Assembly (NCBI GenBank): GCA_022784805.1
Contig: JALFYG010000019.1
Span: 1-38,824 of the forward strand
Direction of reading: 5' to 3'
From: Spirochaetales bacterium
GTDB lineage: Bacteria; Spirochaetota; Spirochaetia; Sphaerochaetales; Sphaerochaetaceae
Length of the DNA stretch: 38,824 nt
Made by a program: the position numbers and the translations under genes. Of the stretch, positions 8,975 through 18,161 are shown one piece after another (the first letter of the stretch is position 1; every line of letters begins with the position of its first letter). The notes below the pieces were generated by a model. It worked only from the letters and a program-made list of their open reading frames with translations. It did not search any database and had not been told where the DNA came from.

Positions 8975-9520
8975 TTAATCTTCTTCAAATACTGTTATTC
9001 TTTCCACCTCTTTATCAGTGAACTGATCAAGAGCATCTCTGACGCATGTAGAGAAGCTTATGACAACACCTCCTTTCTCTCCACCACTTATCCAGTGTTT
9101 TTTTCCTGATGGAATAATAACTTGTTTTCCTGGTGTCAAAACATGGAAAGATCTGGTTGAATATTGGTCCCTTTTTTCTTCAGGAAGTGCAGATAATGGA
9201 CAATTGTCTTCCCCTTCTTCTCCATAATGGCATTCTCCAAATAATCCCCTTAGTATTTCTTCTTTTCCCGGGTCGTTGCCGACAGGTGGGTGCCAATGCT
9301 CAGGCAAGAATTGTCCTGGGAAAAGGACAATAAGTTTTGCGCTTATTCTTTCTGTTGCGAATAATGTCAGAATTTGCGCACCTTCTCTTTCAGGATTATT
9401 TAACCCAAAATCAGCGATGGCTGTTGTTTTTAATTCATCTTCGGAGAGAGGGAATCCTGTCATTCGAAGTATTTCATTAGCTCGTTCTCTGAGCTCTCGT
9501 TCTTTTGACCTTTTTATCAT
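8975..9520 (-). CDS. D-lyxose/D-mannose ketol-isomerase-like cupin
   Basis: Track ORF 8975-9613 trimmed to ATG 9520 (SD AAAGGAGG). Cupin motifs LPEHWHPP...GKEE and KKHWISGGEKG. Length 181 aa. Confidence 0.7.
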   Translation of the reverse strand: MIKRSKERELRERANEILRMTGFPLSEDELKTTAIADFGLNNPEREGAQILTLFATERISAKLIVLFPGQFLPEHWHPPVGNDPGKEEILRGLFGECHYGEEGEDNCPLSALPEEKRDQYSTRSFHVLTPGKQVIIPSGKKHWISGGEKGGVVISFSTCVRDALDQFTDKEVERITVFEED

Positions 9521-9571
9521 GTTTCCTCCTTTTTCTAGTATATAAAGATTCTTGAAATAGGCAAATAAAAA

Positions 9572-9587
9572 ATTATGTATACAAAAT
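9572..9587. promoter_or_regulatory. Operator site C (15/16)
   Basis: ATTATGTATACAAAAT in the divergent cupin/transketolase intergenic region. It overlaps a minus-strand promoter: -35 TTGTCA (9599-9594), 16-nt spacer, -10 CATAAT (9577-9572). Confidence 0.6.
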
Positions 9588-9678
9588 TTTTGATGACAAG
9601 TCTCAAAACGCATGCTAAATTGACGTTGGACAAGCAGAAGGTTCTGCGTATTTGATTTTTATTCAAAAGGAGAATGGA

Positions 9679-10521
9679 ATGAACGTTTCTGATCAGAAAC
9701 AACAGAAGATCAACTTCTTGAAAGAAAAGGCAAAAGAGGTAAGGAAAACAGTTCTTACCATGATTCATGAAGCACAATCTGGCCATCCGGGCGGATCCCT
9801 TTCCGCTACAGATATAGTAACAGCGCTTTATTTTTCAGAAATGAATGTAGATCCATCTAATCCGAAAAATCCGGATAGAGATAGATTCATACTTTCAAAA
9901 GGACATGCATGTCCTGTGCAATATGCAAATCTGGCATTGAAGGGCTTTTTCCCTATGGAAACAATCTATACCCTTAGAAAAGAGGGTTCAATCCTTCAAG
10001 GTCATCCAGATATGAAAAGATGTCCAGGAATTGATATAAGTACTGGTTCTCTAGGACAGGGACTTTCATGTGGTGTAGGTATGGCAATTGCAGGAAAAAG
10101 AGACAAAAAAAACTATAGGGTATTTGTTGTTGTTGGAGACGGAGAAGTAGATGAAGGTCAAATCTGGGAAGCTGTTGAGTCTGCCGCAAAGTACAAATTA
10201 GATAATTTGGTTATTTTTGTTGATAGAAATCGTCTTCAGAATGATAACACAACAGAAATTGTCATGCCTTCGCTAGATTTGGTTGAGAAGTTCAAGTCTT
10301 TTGGATGTGAAACATTTCATATTGATGGGCATGATATGGAACAAATTGTAGATGTTTTAGATGAGATTAGGAAATCAGATAAAGGTAAACCATTTGCTGT
10401 CGTGGCTGAGACTGTAAAGGGAAAAGGTGTTTCATTTATGGAAAATGTTGTGAAATGGCATGGTCAGGCTCCCAACGATGAACAATTCTTACAAGCTATG
10501 AAAGAAGTGGAGGAAATGTGA
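9679..10521 (+). CDS. Transketolase, N-terminal (TPP-binding) subunit
   Basis: Trimmed to ATG 9679 (SD AAAGGAGA). Motifs SGHPGGSLS and GDGEVDEGQIWEA. Confidence 0.92.
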   Translation: MNVSDQKQQKINFLKEKAKEVRKTVLTMIHEAQSGHPGGSLSATDIVTALYFSEMNVDPSNPKNPDRDRFILSKGHACPVQYANLALKGFFPMETIYTLRKEGSILQGHPDMKRCPGIDISTGSLGQGLSCGVGMAIAGKRDKKNYRVFVVVGDGEVDEGQIWEAVESAAKYKLDNLVIFVDRNRLQNDNTTEIVMPSLDLVEKFKSFGCETFHIDGHDMEQIVDVLDEIRKSDKGKPFAVVAETVKGKGVSFMENVVKWHGQAPNDEQFLQAMKEVEEM

Positions 10522-11462
10522 TGACAATTTTTGAAAAAGGAATTGCATTAAGAGAAGCATACGGCAAAGCAATTGTTGAACTTGGAAAGAATAATAAGAA
10601 CATTTATGTTGTTGATTGCGATATCGGAAAATCATGTAAGACTTTAGATTTTATCCAAGAATGTCCTGATCAACATATTAACGTAGGAATCGCAGAACAA
10701 AATGCCGCAGGTGTTGCAGCAGGGCTTGCAACATGTGGCAAAATACCATTTGTGACTACTTATGCCGTATTTGGTTCAATGAGAATGCTTGAACAAATAA
10801 GACAAGAAGCATGCTATCCACATTTGAATGTAAAAGTAGCTTGTTCTCATGGCGGTTTTACTCCTGCAAATGATGGAGCAAGTCATCAAGGTATAGAAGA
10901 TTACGGTATATATAGAACAATACCAAACATGACAGTTCTTGCTCCTAGTGATTATGAACAGGCATATCAGCTGGTAAAAAAAACTGCGGAAATAGATGGC
11001 CCAGTTTATATTAGATTCACAAGAGATGCTGTACCATGCATTTACAAAGAAGGAACTAATTTTGAAATAGGAAAAGGTGTCGTCTTAATGGAAGGCGATG
11101 ATATAACTATCATTTCATCTGGAGATGTGCTCTCAATTGCATACAATGCGGCAGAAGAATTAAGAGATAAAGGCATAAGCACCAGATTAATTGATATGCA
11201 TACGATAAAACCCTTAGATAAAGATCTTGTTTTAAAAGCGGCAAGAGAAACCAAAGGTATTATTACTGTTGAAGATCATACAATTATAAATGGGTTGGGA
11301 AGTGCAGTTTGTGAAGTGGTGGCAGAAAATGGTGGATGCAAAGTAAAGAGAATGGGAATCCAGGATCGCTTCGGAGAATCAGCACCCTATAGTCATTTGT
11401 TAAAAAAGAATGGCGTGTCAATTGAAGATATCGTACAGGCTGCGATTGAAGTCATTCAATAA
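10521..11462 (+). CDS. Transketolase, C-terminal (pyrimidine-binding) subunit
   Basis: GIAEQNAAGVAAGLA motif. ATG 10521 overlaps the upstream stop (TGATG). SD GGAGG 10509-10513. Confidence 0.92.
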   Translation: MTIFEKGIALREAYGKAIVELGKNNKNIYVVDCDIGKSCKTLDFIQECPDQHINVGIAEQNAAGVAAGLATCGKIPFVTTYAVFGSMRMLEQIRQEACYPHLNVKVACSHGGFTPANDGASHQGIEDYGIYRTIPNMTVLAPSDYEQAYQLVKKTAEIDGPVYIRFTRDAVPCIYKEGTNFEIGKGVVLMEGDDITIISSGDVLSIAYNAAEELRDKGISTRLIDMHTIKPLDKDLVLKAARETKGIITVEDHTIINGLGSAVCEVVAENGGCKVKRMGIQDRFGESAPYSHLLKKNGVSIEDIVQAAIEVIQ

Positions 11463-11521
11463 GAGATAGTACCAATAGATAAGGTGATTATGAACGGATT
11501 GAATTGTATTTTCGAATTTTC

Positions 11522-11549
11522 TTGACTGATTATCTTTCTATGGTAATAT
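11522..11549 (+). promoter_or_regulatory. Promoter of the tctCBA-kinase operon
   Basis: -35 TTGACT (11522-11527), 16-nt spacer, extended -10 TGGTAATAT (11541-11549). Confidence 0.6.
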
Positions 11550-11550
11550 A

Positions 11551-11566
11551 ATTTTGTATACAAAAT
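11551..11566. promoter_or_regulatory. Operator site D (perfect 16-bp palindrome)
   Basis: ATTTTGTATACAAAAT. Starts 2 nt after the -10 and covers the expected transcription start. Confidence 0.65.
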
Positions 11567-11590
11567 CTTTTCAAAAAAAAGGAGAATATT

Positions 11591-12598
11591 ATGAAAAAGC
11601 TTTGTATCCTTGCTTTAGTGTGTTTAATTGCAATCACTGGAGCTTTCGCTCAGGGAAGTGGTGAAGTTTACCCTTCTAGAGACATTACTAACGTTATGGT
11701 TTGGGGGGCAGGTGGAGGAACAGACCTTGCAAACCGTCTCGTTATGGCAGAAATGGGCAAAATACTTAATGTCAACATCAACGTTAATAACGTAACAGGT
11801 GGTGTTGGTGGATCCATCGGTCTATTTGAAGCATATGGAAGAGAAGCAGACGGTTATACACTTGTTGGTGTTTCAGAATCCTGTGTAACTTCTTCAGTGC
11901 AAGGTGGCTTTGATAAGAGAATGAACGTTTGGGATTTCTTTATTATTGGAGGTTCTCCAGACGTACTATCTGTAACTCCAAATGCTCCTTTCAACACAAT
12001 TGTAGAATTAGTTGAATATTGTAAAGCTCATCCAGGCGAAGTAAGAATCGGAGGCTCCGCAGCAGGATCAATTCATCATTTGAACGTATTAGGTTTCTGT
12101 AATGGAGCTGGAATAGAGATGAACTTCATTCCTTATGATTCATCAGCTGGAAGCCAGAATGCTGCAATGACAGGTGAAGTTACATGTGTTATCACTTCCG
12201 TACAGGAGCAGGCAGAATTGCTTAAAGCAGGAAAGCTTAGACCACTTGGCATGATGACACCAAATGAATTTGAATTCGAGGGAAAGACTATTCCATCTGC
12301 TTTCGATTTTTATCCAGCACTTGCAGATTACCTTCCACTTGAACAGCAGATTGGTTTTGCAATTAGAAAAGATGCTCCAGAAAGTGTAAAAGCAACACTT
12401 CAGGATGCTTTTACAAAAGCAATGGCAACAGAAGCAGTCCAGAACTATGGCAGAGACAGATATTTCACACTTAAGGGCCTTTACGGAGAAGAAGCAAATA
12501 AGATTTTTGACAATCTTGAAGCTACATTCTGCTGGACTCTTTGGGATCTTGGCGCAGCAAAGATCGAACCATCAAAGTTTGGAATTGAACGTCCGTAA
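11591..12598 (+). CDS. tctC: Tripartite tricarboxylate transporter, periplasmic substrate-binding subunit (TctC/Bug family)
   Basis: 335 aa with signal peptide MKKLCILALVCLIAITGAFAQG. Motifs GGVGGSIG and IPYDSSAGSQNAAMTGEV. Followed by tctB and tctA. Confidence 0.85.
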   Translation: MKKLCILALVCLIAITGAFAQGSGEVYPSRDITNVMVWGAGGGTDLANRLVMAEMGKILNVNINVNNVTGGVGGSIGLFEAYGREADGYTLVGVSESCVTSSVQGGFDKRMNVWDFFIIGGSPDVLSVTPNAPFNTIVELVEYCKAHPGEVRIGGSAAGSIHHLNVLGFCNGAGIEMNFIPYDSSAGSQNAAMTGEVTCVITSVQEQAELLKAGKLRPLGMMTPNEFEFEGKTIPSAFDFYPALADYLPLEQQIGFAIRKDAPESVKATLQDAFTKAMATEAVQNYGRDRYFTLKGLYGEEANKIFDNLEATFCWTLWDLGAAKIEPSKFGIERP

Positions 12599-12614
12599 CG
12601 CAAAATCGATAAAT

Positions 12615-12638
12615 AGATGCCGTCGTAGGGCGGCATCT
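12615..12638 (+). other. Intercistronic stem-loop after tctC (no U-tract)
   Basis: AGATGCCG (12615-12622)/CGGCATCT (12631-12638), loop TCGTAGGG. It is followed by GTCGAG, not a T-run. Confidence 0.5.
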
Positions 12639-12658
12639 GTCGAGTTAAGAGGTAGTTT

Positions 12659-13414
12659 ATGATTGACAAAGAAAAATTGAGAGGATCCGACTTGGTATCA
12701 GGAGGGATATTTCTGGTAGTTGGCATAGTTATTATAGCTATGGCTCTTCAGATGCCACTGTCTGATTCTTTTGGAGGTGTTCAAAGTCAATGGTATGTCT
12801 CTCCAGCATTGTTACCATTGGTTATAGGTGCTTGTCTCATCATTCTTAGTATTTGTATCATTGTATATGCTCTAAAGAATGGTGGTGTGGAGCAATTTAA
12901 AAAAAGTTTGGCGGAAAAAAAGGGAAAGTCCATTGTTACAGACAAAAATCTGAGAATGGCTGCTGTAATACTTCCCCTTTGTACTTTAGTGTATGTACAT
13001 TTGAAGGCTTTTGATTTTTATTTGACAATCACAATATATCTTTTGTTCTCAACAAGTGTTTTTTACTTTGAAGATATGGAATTCTTAAAAAAGTCCCTGA
13101 AACTATATTTAGTTCAGTTTGTGGTTATGGTTATTCTTGTTGCAACAGGACTAAGCAAAACATTGAATAAGCTTTTCTTTGCTACAATGGATATTGTTGG
13201 CTTCATAATTCTAATTTCACTAACTGTAAATGTGGTTCTGTTCGCAAAGAGATCAGATGATGTTATAAAGAAGAAGAGACGAATCGTTCTATTGATTTCT
13301 TTTCTAGTTCCTTTGTTGGTTATTCCTCTTTTCAGGTATGCATTAAGAGTACCTATGCCAAAAGAAGGCGTAATCATCAATGTGATGTCCCAGATTTATT
13401 ATTCGCTAAGATAG
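12659..13414 (+). CDS. tctB: Tripartite tricarboxylate transporter small membrane subunit (TctB-like)
   Basis: 251-aa polytopic membrane ORF between tctC and tctA. SD AAGAGG 6 nt upstream. Confidence 0.7.
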   Translation: MIDKEKLRGSDLVSGGIFLVVGIVIIAMALQMPLSDSFGGVQSQWYVSPALLPLVIGACLIILSICIIVYALKNGGVEQFKKSLAEKKGKSIVTDKNLRMAAVILPLCTLVYVHLKAFDFYLTITIYLLFSTSVFYFEDMEFLKKSLKLYLVQFVVMVILVATGLSKTLNKLFFATMDIVGFIILISLTVNVVLFAKRSDDVIKKKRRIVLLISFLVPLLVIPLFRYALRVPMPKEGVIINVMSQIYYSLR

Positions 13415-13427
13415 AGGAGAGAAGACA

Positions 13428-14945
13428 ATGAACATTATACAGAGTTTCACTTACTTTTTCTCATCTTTGGGTCAGGTAATCACAGATCCTGTCTCCATTC
13501 TGCTTCTTTTTGGAAGTGTTATGATGGGAATTATCTTTGGTGCATTGCCTGGACTAACAGCAACTTTAGGTGTTGCGCTTCTTACGACACTGACATATGG
13601 AATGCAGCTTTCACATGCACTTGTTTCTTTAATGGGAATATATGTTGGAGCAGTCTATGGTGGTTCCTATGGATCAATCATGATTAATATCCCGGGAACT
13701 GCAAGTGCTGCCGCAACTGCTCTTGAAGGATATCCATTATCTAAAAGAGGTCTAGCAGGAAAAGCATTAGGTCTGACTACAACTGCTAGCGCCATTGGAA
13801 CAGTAGTAGGAATGTTCTTTGTTGTCATATTTACCCCACTGATAACAAAGCTTTCACTTCAGTTCACTTCTTTTGAATTCTTCTTGCTTGCCTTCTTTGG
13901 GATAATGATAAGTGGATCTATCTCCTGCCCGGATACTCCTCAAAAAGGCTGGCTTTGTGGATTCTTTGGTTTGTTCCTGGCGATGATTGGACGAGATCAG
14001 CTGCAGACTTATCCAAGATTCACATTTGGAATTACTTCATTGGAAAGTGGACTGGAGACAGTTCCTGTCCTCATTGGAGCATTTGGTATTCCTCAGATCA
14101 TCCAGGTGCTTAGTGATAATAGGGCAATGCCTAAACAGAATAAGATAGATAGAGTTCTTCCTTCCTGGAAAGCTATAGGAAGAAATATTAAGCACATTGT
14201 AAGAAGTGCCCTTATTGGCGTTGGTATTGGAGCTGTCCCTGGTATTGGTGAAGATATCGCAGCTTGGGTTTCATATGGAACAGCAAAAAAGACAAGTAAA
14301 CATCCAGAAGAGTTTGGAAATGGATCAGAAGAAGGTATTATCGCTTCAGAGACGGCAAATAATTCTTGTATCGGCGGGGCTATGATACCTCTGTTATCTA
14401 TGGGAATCCCAGGAAGTCCACCAGCTGCAATGCTTTTGGGTGCTTTGTTACTTCATGGTATTGCTCCGGGACCAATGCTTGAAGTAGAACGACCAGGCTT
14501 TACATTGACTGTGTCTGCAATATTGCTTCTTGCTTCAATCTCAATGTGGATTATTGGTATTTTGCTTGCCAAACAAGTATCAAAAATTCTGAAGGTACCA
14601 TCACAACTATTGATGCCTATTGTCGGAGTTCTCTGCATTATTGGTTCGTATGCTCTTGGACTCAAAGCAATTAATTTGTATCTTATGGTACCAATGGGAA
14701 TAATTACATATTTGATTACAGAACGTGGATATCCAATACCTCCTCTAGTAATCGGTGTAATTCTTGGAAACATGGCTGATGCAAACTTAAGAAGAGGTCT
14801 TATGGTTTCAAAAGGAAGTCTTCTTCCATTTATTCAGAGACCAGTGTGCCTTATTCTTGTAATCATAATTATATTCACTTTCCTTAGTGGTACTTCTTTC
14901 TTCAAAAACTTCTTAAGTAAGTTGAAGGGAAAGATTATAAAATAA
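13428..14945 (+). CDS. tctA: Tripartite tricarboxylate transporter large permease (TctA)
   Basis: 505 aa with about 12 TM segments. Motifs GALPGLTATLGVALL and GIPGSPPAAMLLGAL. Confidence 0.9.
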   Translation: MNIIQSFTYFFSSLGQVITDPVSILLLFGSVMMGIIFGALPGLTATLGVALLTTLTYGMQLSHALVSLMGIYVGAVYGGSYGSIMINIPGTASAAATALEGYPLSKRGLAGKALGLTTTASAIGTVVGMFFVVIFTPLITKLSLQFTSFEFFLLAFFGIMISGSISCPDTPQKGWLCGFFGLFLAMIGRDQLQTYPRFTFGITSLESGLETVPVLIGAFGIPQIIQVLSDNRAMPKQNKIDRVLPSWKAIGRNIKHIVRSALIGVGIGAVPGIGEDIAAWVSYGTAKKTSKHPEEFGNGSEEGIIASETANNSCIGGAMIPLLSMGIPGSPPAAMLLGALLLHGIAPGPMLEVERPGFTLTVSAILLLASISMWIIGILLAKQVSKILKVPSQLLMPIVGVLCIIGSYALGLKAINLYLMVPMGIITYLITERGYPIPPLVIGVILGNMADANLRRGLMVSKGSLLPFIQRPVCLILVIIIIFTFLSGTSFFKNFLSKLKGKIIK

Positions 14946-14950
14946 ATTTA

Positions 14951-14970
14951 GGCGCCTAAAAAAAGGCGCC
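14951..14970 (+). other. GC-rich stem-loop after tctA (weak terminator or processing site)
   Basis: GGCGCC (14951-14956)/GGCGCC (14965-14970), A-rich 8-nt loop. It is followed by AACTTTAT, so there is no clean U-tract. Confidence 0.35.
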
Positions 14971-14993
14971 AACTTTATAAAAGGTTATATATT

Positions 14994-16562
14994 ATGAATT
15001 TAGAGAAGTCTTCAATTGGAATAGAATTTGGTTCAACCAGAATAAAAGCAGTTTTAGTAGATGAAAACTATATTTTTAGAGCATCAGGAAGCTATAAATG
15101 GGAGAACTCCAAAGAAGGAGATATTTGGACATATTCTCTTGAAGAGGCTATTATTGGGTTACAATCCTGCTTTGCTTTAATGAAGTCTGATTATGAAAAA
15201 AAATATAATCAAAAACTTACAGTAGTCGGATCTATTGGCATATCGGGTATGATGCATGGATATCTGGTGTTTGATAAAAATGACTCACAAATTTGCGAGT
15301 ACAGAACTTGGAGAAATACGATAACTCAAAAAGCATCAGAAGAGTTATCTGATTTATTCGATTTTAATGTACCCCAAAGATGGTCAATTTCTCACTTGTA
15401 TCATGCAATACTCAATAATGAAAATCATGTGAAAGACATAGAATGGATGACTACATTATCTGGATTCGTTCATTTTGTATTAACCGGACAAAAAATAATT
15501 GGTGTTGGCGATGCTTCTGGAATGTTTCCTATTGATGAACAGAAAGCAGATTATGATGAAATAATGATTCAACGTTTTGATTCTTTGGTAAAAGGAAAAC
15601 TATCGAAAGGAATCTATGATATTCTCCCTAGAATACTAAAAGCTGGTGAAATAGCCGGTTATCTTACAAAAGAAGGATCTCGTATTTTAGATGTTAGTGG
15701 AGAACTCATGCCCGGTATACCATTCTGTCCATGTGAAGGAGACGCAGAAACAGGTATGGTTGCTACTAATTCTATTGGTATAGGTACAGGTAATATCTCT
15801 GCGGGGACTTCTATTTTTGCGATGATTGTTACAGGCAGAAGAGGTACAAGACATAGAGAAATAGATATTGTTACAACTCCAACTGGTGAATGTGTATCAA
15901 TGATACATTGTAACAATGGAACGTCTGATCTAGATGGATGGATTGAGATGTTTGGAGACTTTTTAAAAAGATATAATGGTGATGTGGATCATAACAAAAT
16001 ATATGAAATACTCTTTAAAAGTGCATTGGAGGGGAGTTCCGATTGCAATGGAATGATTAATATAAATTATGTGGCAGGGGAAGAAATTACAAAATTCAAT
16101 GAAGGTTCCCCCATTTTTACTCGTCTTTTTGGATCTGAATTCTCCTTCGCAGATTTATCCCGAACGCTAATTTCTTCGATATATGCAACACTTTCTATTG
16201 GTTTAAGAATTTTGCAAGATGATGGTATATCTTTTTCGAGGATTACTGGACATGGAGGTCTTTTCAAAACTGGAAATGCCGCCCAGATAATTCTAAGTGC
16301 TGCTCTCGGCGTTCCCGTGTCAACAATGAATACAGCAGGAGAGGGTGGATCGTATGGTATAGCAATTCTCGCAAAGTACATGATAGAAAAGACAAAGAAT
16401 GAATCTTTAGAAAGTTATTTGTCTGACAAAGTATATGCAGAATCAGAAATTAAAACAGTATTTCCAAAAGAAGAAGATATCAGGGGATACAAAATATTTC
16501 TTGATAGATATTCGTCTTTTGTCCATTCAATATCCTTCGCTAATAAAGCTAGAGAGGTATAA
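14994..16562 (+). CDS. FGGY-family carbohydrate kinase (xylulokinase-like)
   Basis: 522 aa. N-terminal phosphate-1 motif IGIEFGSTRIKAVLVD. Length and two-domain layout fit the FGGY family. Confidence 0.8.
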   Translation: MNLEKSSIGIEFGSTRIKAVLVDENYIFRASGSYKWENSKEGDIWTYSLEEAIIGLQSCFALMKSDYEKKYNQKLTVVGSIGISGMMHGYLVFDKNDSQICEYRTWRNTITQKASEELSDLFDFNVPQRWSISHLYHAILNNENHVKDIEWMTTLSGFVHFVLTGQKIIGVGDASGMFPIDEQKADYDEIMIQRFDSLVKGKLSKGIYDILPRILKAGEIAGYLTKEGSRILDVSGELMPGIPFCPCEGDAETGMVATNSIGIGTGNISAGTSIFAMIVTGRRGTRHREIDIVTTPTGECVSMIHCNNGTSDLDGWIEMFGDFLKRYNGDVDHNKIYEILFKSALEGSSDCNGMININYVAGEEITKFNEGSPIFTRLFGSEFSFADLSRTLISSIYATLSIGLRILQDDGISFSRITGHGGLFKTGNAAQIILSAALGVPVSTMNTAGEGGSYGIAILAKYMIEKTKNESLESYLSDKVYAESEIKTVFPKEEDIRGYKIFLDRYSSFVHSISFANKAREV

Positions 16563-16565
16563 GAA

Positions 16566-17981
16566 ATGAAAATCAATGAAGTCCTAAATAAATACAATGT
16601 ATATGATAAGAAGATAGTTAAAGAAATATATACAGAAGAAATTCAGAAAGCAAACTTTAAAATAATCGTGTTGGATGATGACCCTACAGGAGTCCAAACT
16701 GTTCATGATGTATATGTATATACAAAGTGGGATTACGAAACTATTTTAGAAGCATTTAATGATGAAAAGAGAGTGTCTTTTATTCTAACAAATAGTAGGG
16801 GGTTGACACGAGATGAAACGGTTGCCCTTCATAGAGAAGTTGCTGAATCAATCAATAAAGCTTCTGTTGTCACAGGAAAAGACTATTTGGTAATGAGTCG
16901 AAGTGATTCTACTCTGCGAGGTCATTATCCATTAGAAACAGAAGTGTTGGAAACAACTTTATCCGGGATATTTGACGGAGAGATAGTTATGCCCTTTTTT
17001 TTAGAGGGTGGAAGATACACTGTCAATGACATGCATTATGTACTTCAAAAGGAAGAATTAATACCTGCAGGAGAAACAGAATTTGCAAAAGATAAAACTT
17101 TTGGTTATAAGAATTCAGATTTGAAAAAATGGATTGAGGAAAGGACTGAAGGAAGAGTAAAAAAAGACGATGTATTATCCATTTCCTTGGAATCATTAAG
17201 AAATCTAGATATAAATGGTATAACAAATACCATCGAGTCTGTAAAAGATTTTAATAAAATTGTTGTCAATGCGTTATCTTATGAAGATGTAATGGTTTTC
17301 TCTTCTTGTTTGATGAAAGCAATCAGAAATGGGAAAAGATTTATCTGTCGATGTGCTGCCTCTTTGGTAAGAGTATTAGGAGGTGTCACCGAAATCCCTT
17401 TGCTTACAAATAAGGATGTCATATCTGAAGAGCAATTATTAGGAGGTTTGGTAATAGCAGGCTCTCATGTGAAGAAGACAACGAAACAGCTTAACTCTCT
17501 GTTGGAATTGGAAAACACAGTTGGAATAGAGCTAAATCAACATTTGGTTGTGAATCCTATTGCTTTTGAAGAAGAAAGAATTAGAGTAATTCATGTTGCT
17601 CGAGAAATAATCACTTCTGGAAAGACTGCAGTTGTATATACAAAAAGAGAACGTTTTGATTTAAATACTGGAAATAAAGAAGATGAATTATTGCTGGCTA
17701 AGAAAATATCAGATGCCGTTACTTCTGTTGTATCTGATATAGGCATCTGTCCAAGTTTCATTATTGCAAAGGGCGGAATAACGTCTAGTGAAATTGGAAC
17801 TAAAGCATTAAGATGCAGGAAAGCGCTTGTTTTAGGCCAAATAAAGAAAGGAATACCTGTTTGGAAAACGGGAGAGGAGTCATTATACCCAGGAATAAGT
17901 TATATAATATTTCCTGGGAATGTCGGTGATGATGATACATTAAAGGACATTGTCAAGGAACTTGCTCTTAAGTGTAAGTAA
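16566..17981 (+). CDS. Four-carbon acid-sugar kinase family protein (DUF1537; OtnK/DtnK/OiaK family)
   Basis: 471 aa. N-terminal VLDDDPTGVQTV and TNSRGL. C-terminal nucleotide-binding part AKGGITSSEI and FPGNVGDDD. Confidence 0.85.
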   Translation: MKINEVLNKYNVYDKKIVKEIYTEEIQKANFKIIVLDDDPTGVQTVHDVYVYTKWDYETILEAFNDEKRVSFILTNSRGLTRDETVALHREVAESINKASVVTGKDYLVMSRSDSTLRGHYPLETEVLETTLSGIFDGEIVMPFFLEGGRYTVNDMHYVLQKEELIPAGETEFAKDKTFGYKNSDLKKWIEERTEGRVKKDDVLSISLESLRNLDINGITNTIESVKDFNKIVVNALSYEDVMVFSSCLMKAIRNGKRFICRCAASLVRVLGGVTEIPLLTNKDVISEEQLLGGLVIAGSHVKKTTKQLNSLLELENTVGIELNQHLVVNPIAFEEERIRVIHVAREIITSGKTAVVYTKRERFDLNTGNKEDELLLAKKISDAVTSVVSDIGICPSFIIAKGGITSSEIGTKALRCRKALVLGQIKKGIPVWKTGEESLYPGISYIIFPGNVGDDDTLKDIVKELALKCK

Positions 17982-18023
17982 TCTGAACGAACCTTCAATT
18001 TCAATGTTCAAAACTCAATTATT

Positions 18024-18063
18024 TAGGTGCTTGCCCAAAGAGGTTTTGCACCTAGTTTTCTTT
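18024..18063 (+). terminator. Terminator candidate ending the catabolic operon
   Basis: TAGGTGC (18024-18030)/GCACCTA (18048-18054), followed by GTTTTCTTTATT. Confidence 0.5.
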
Positions 18064-18161
18064 ATTACTTGTTTTGTTCAATACAAAGGGGTTAATCTGC
18101 AGCCTTACTTTGAAAGTTTTCGTACAACAGTTCACGATCTAGATGGCAAAACATACAAGAA

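Noticed and set aside
17632-17643. TTGTATATACAA palindrome resembling the locus operator
   Set aside because: It has two extra central bases relative to the operator core, lies inside the DUF1537 kinase CDS, and lacks the flanking ATTT/AAAT arms. It is likely chance in AT-rich coding DNA.
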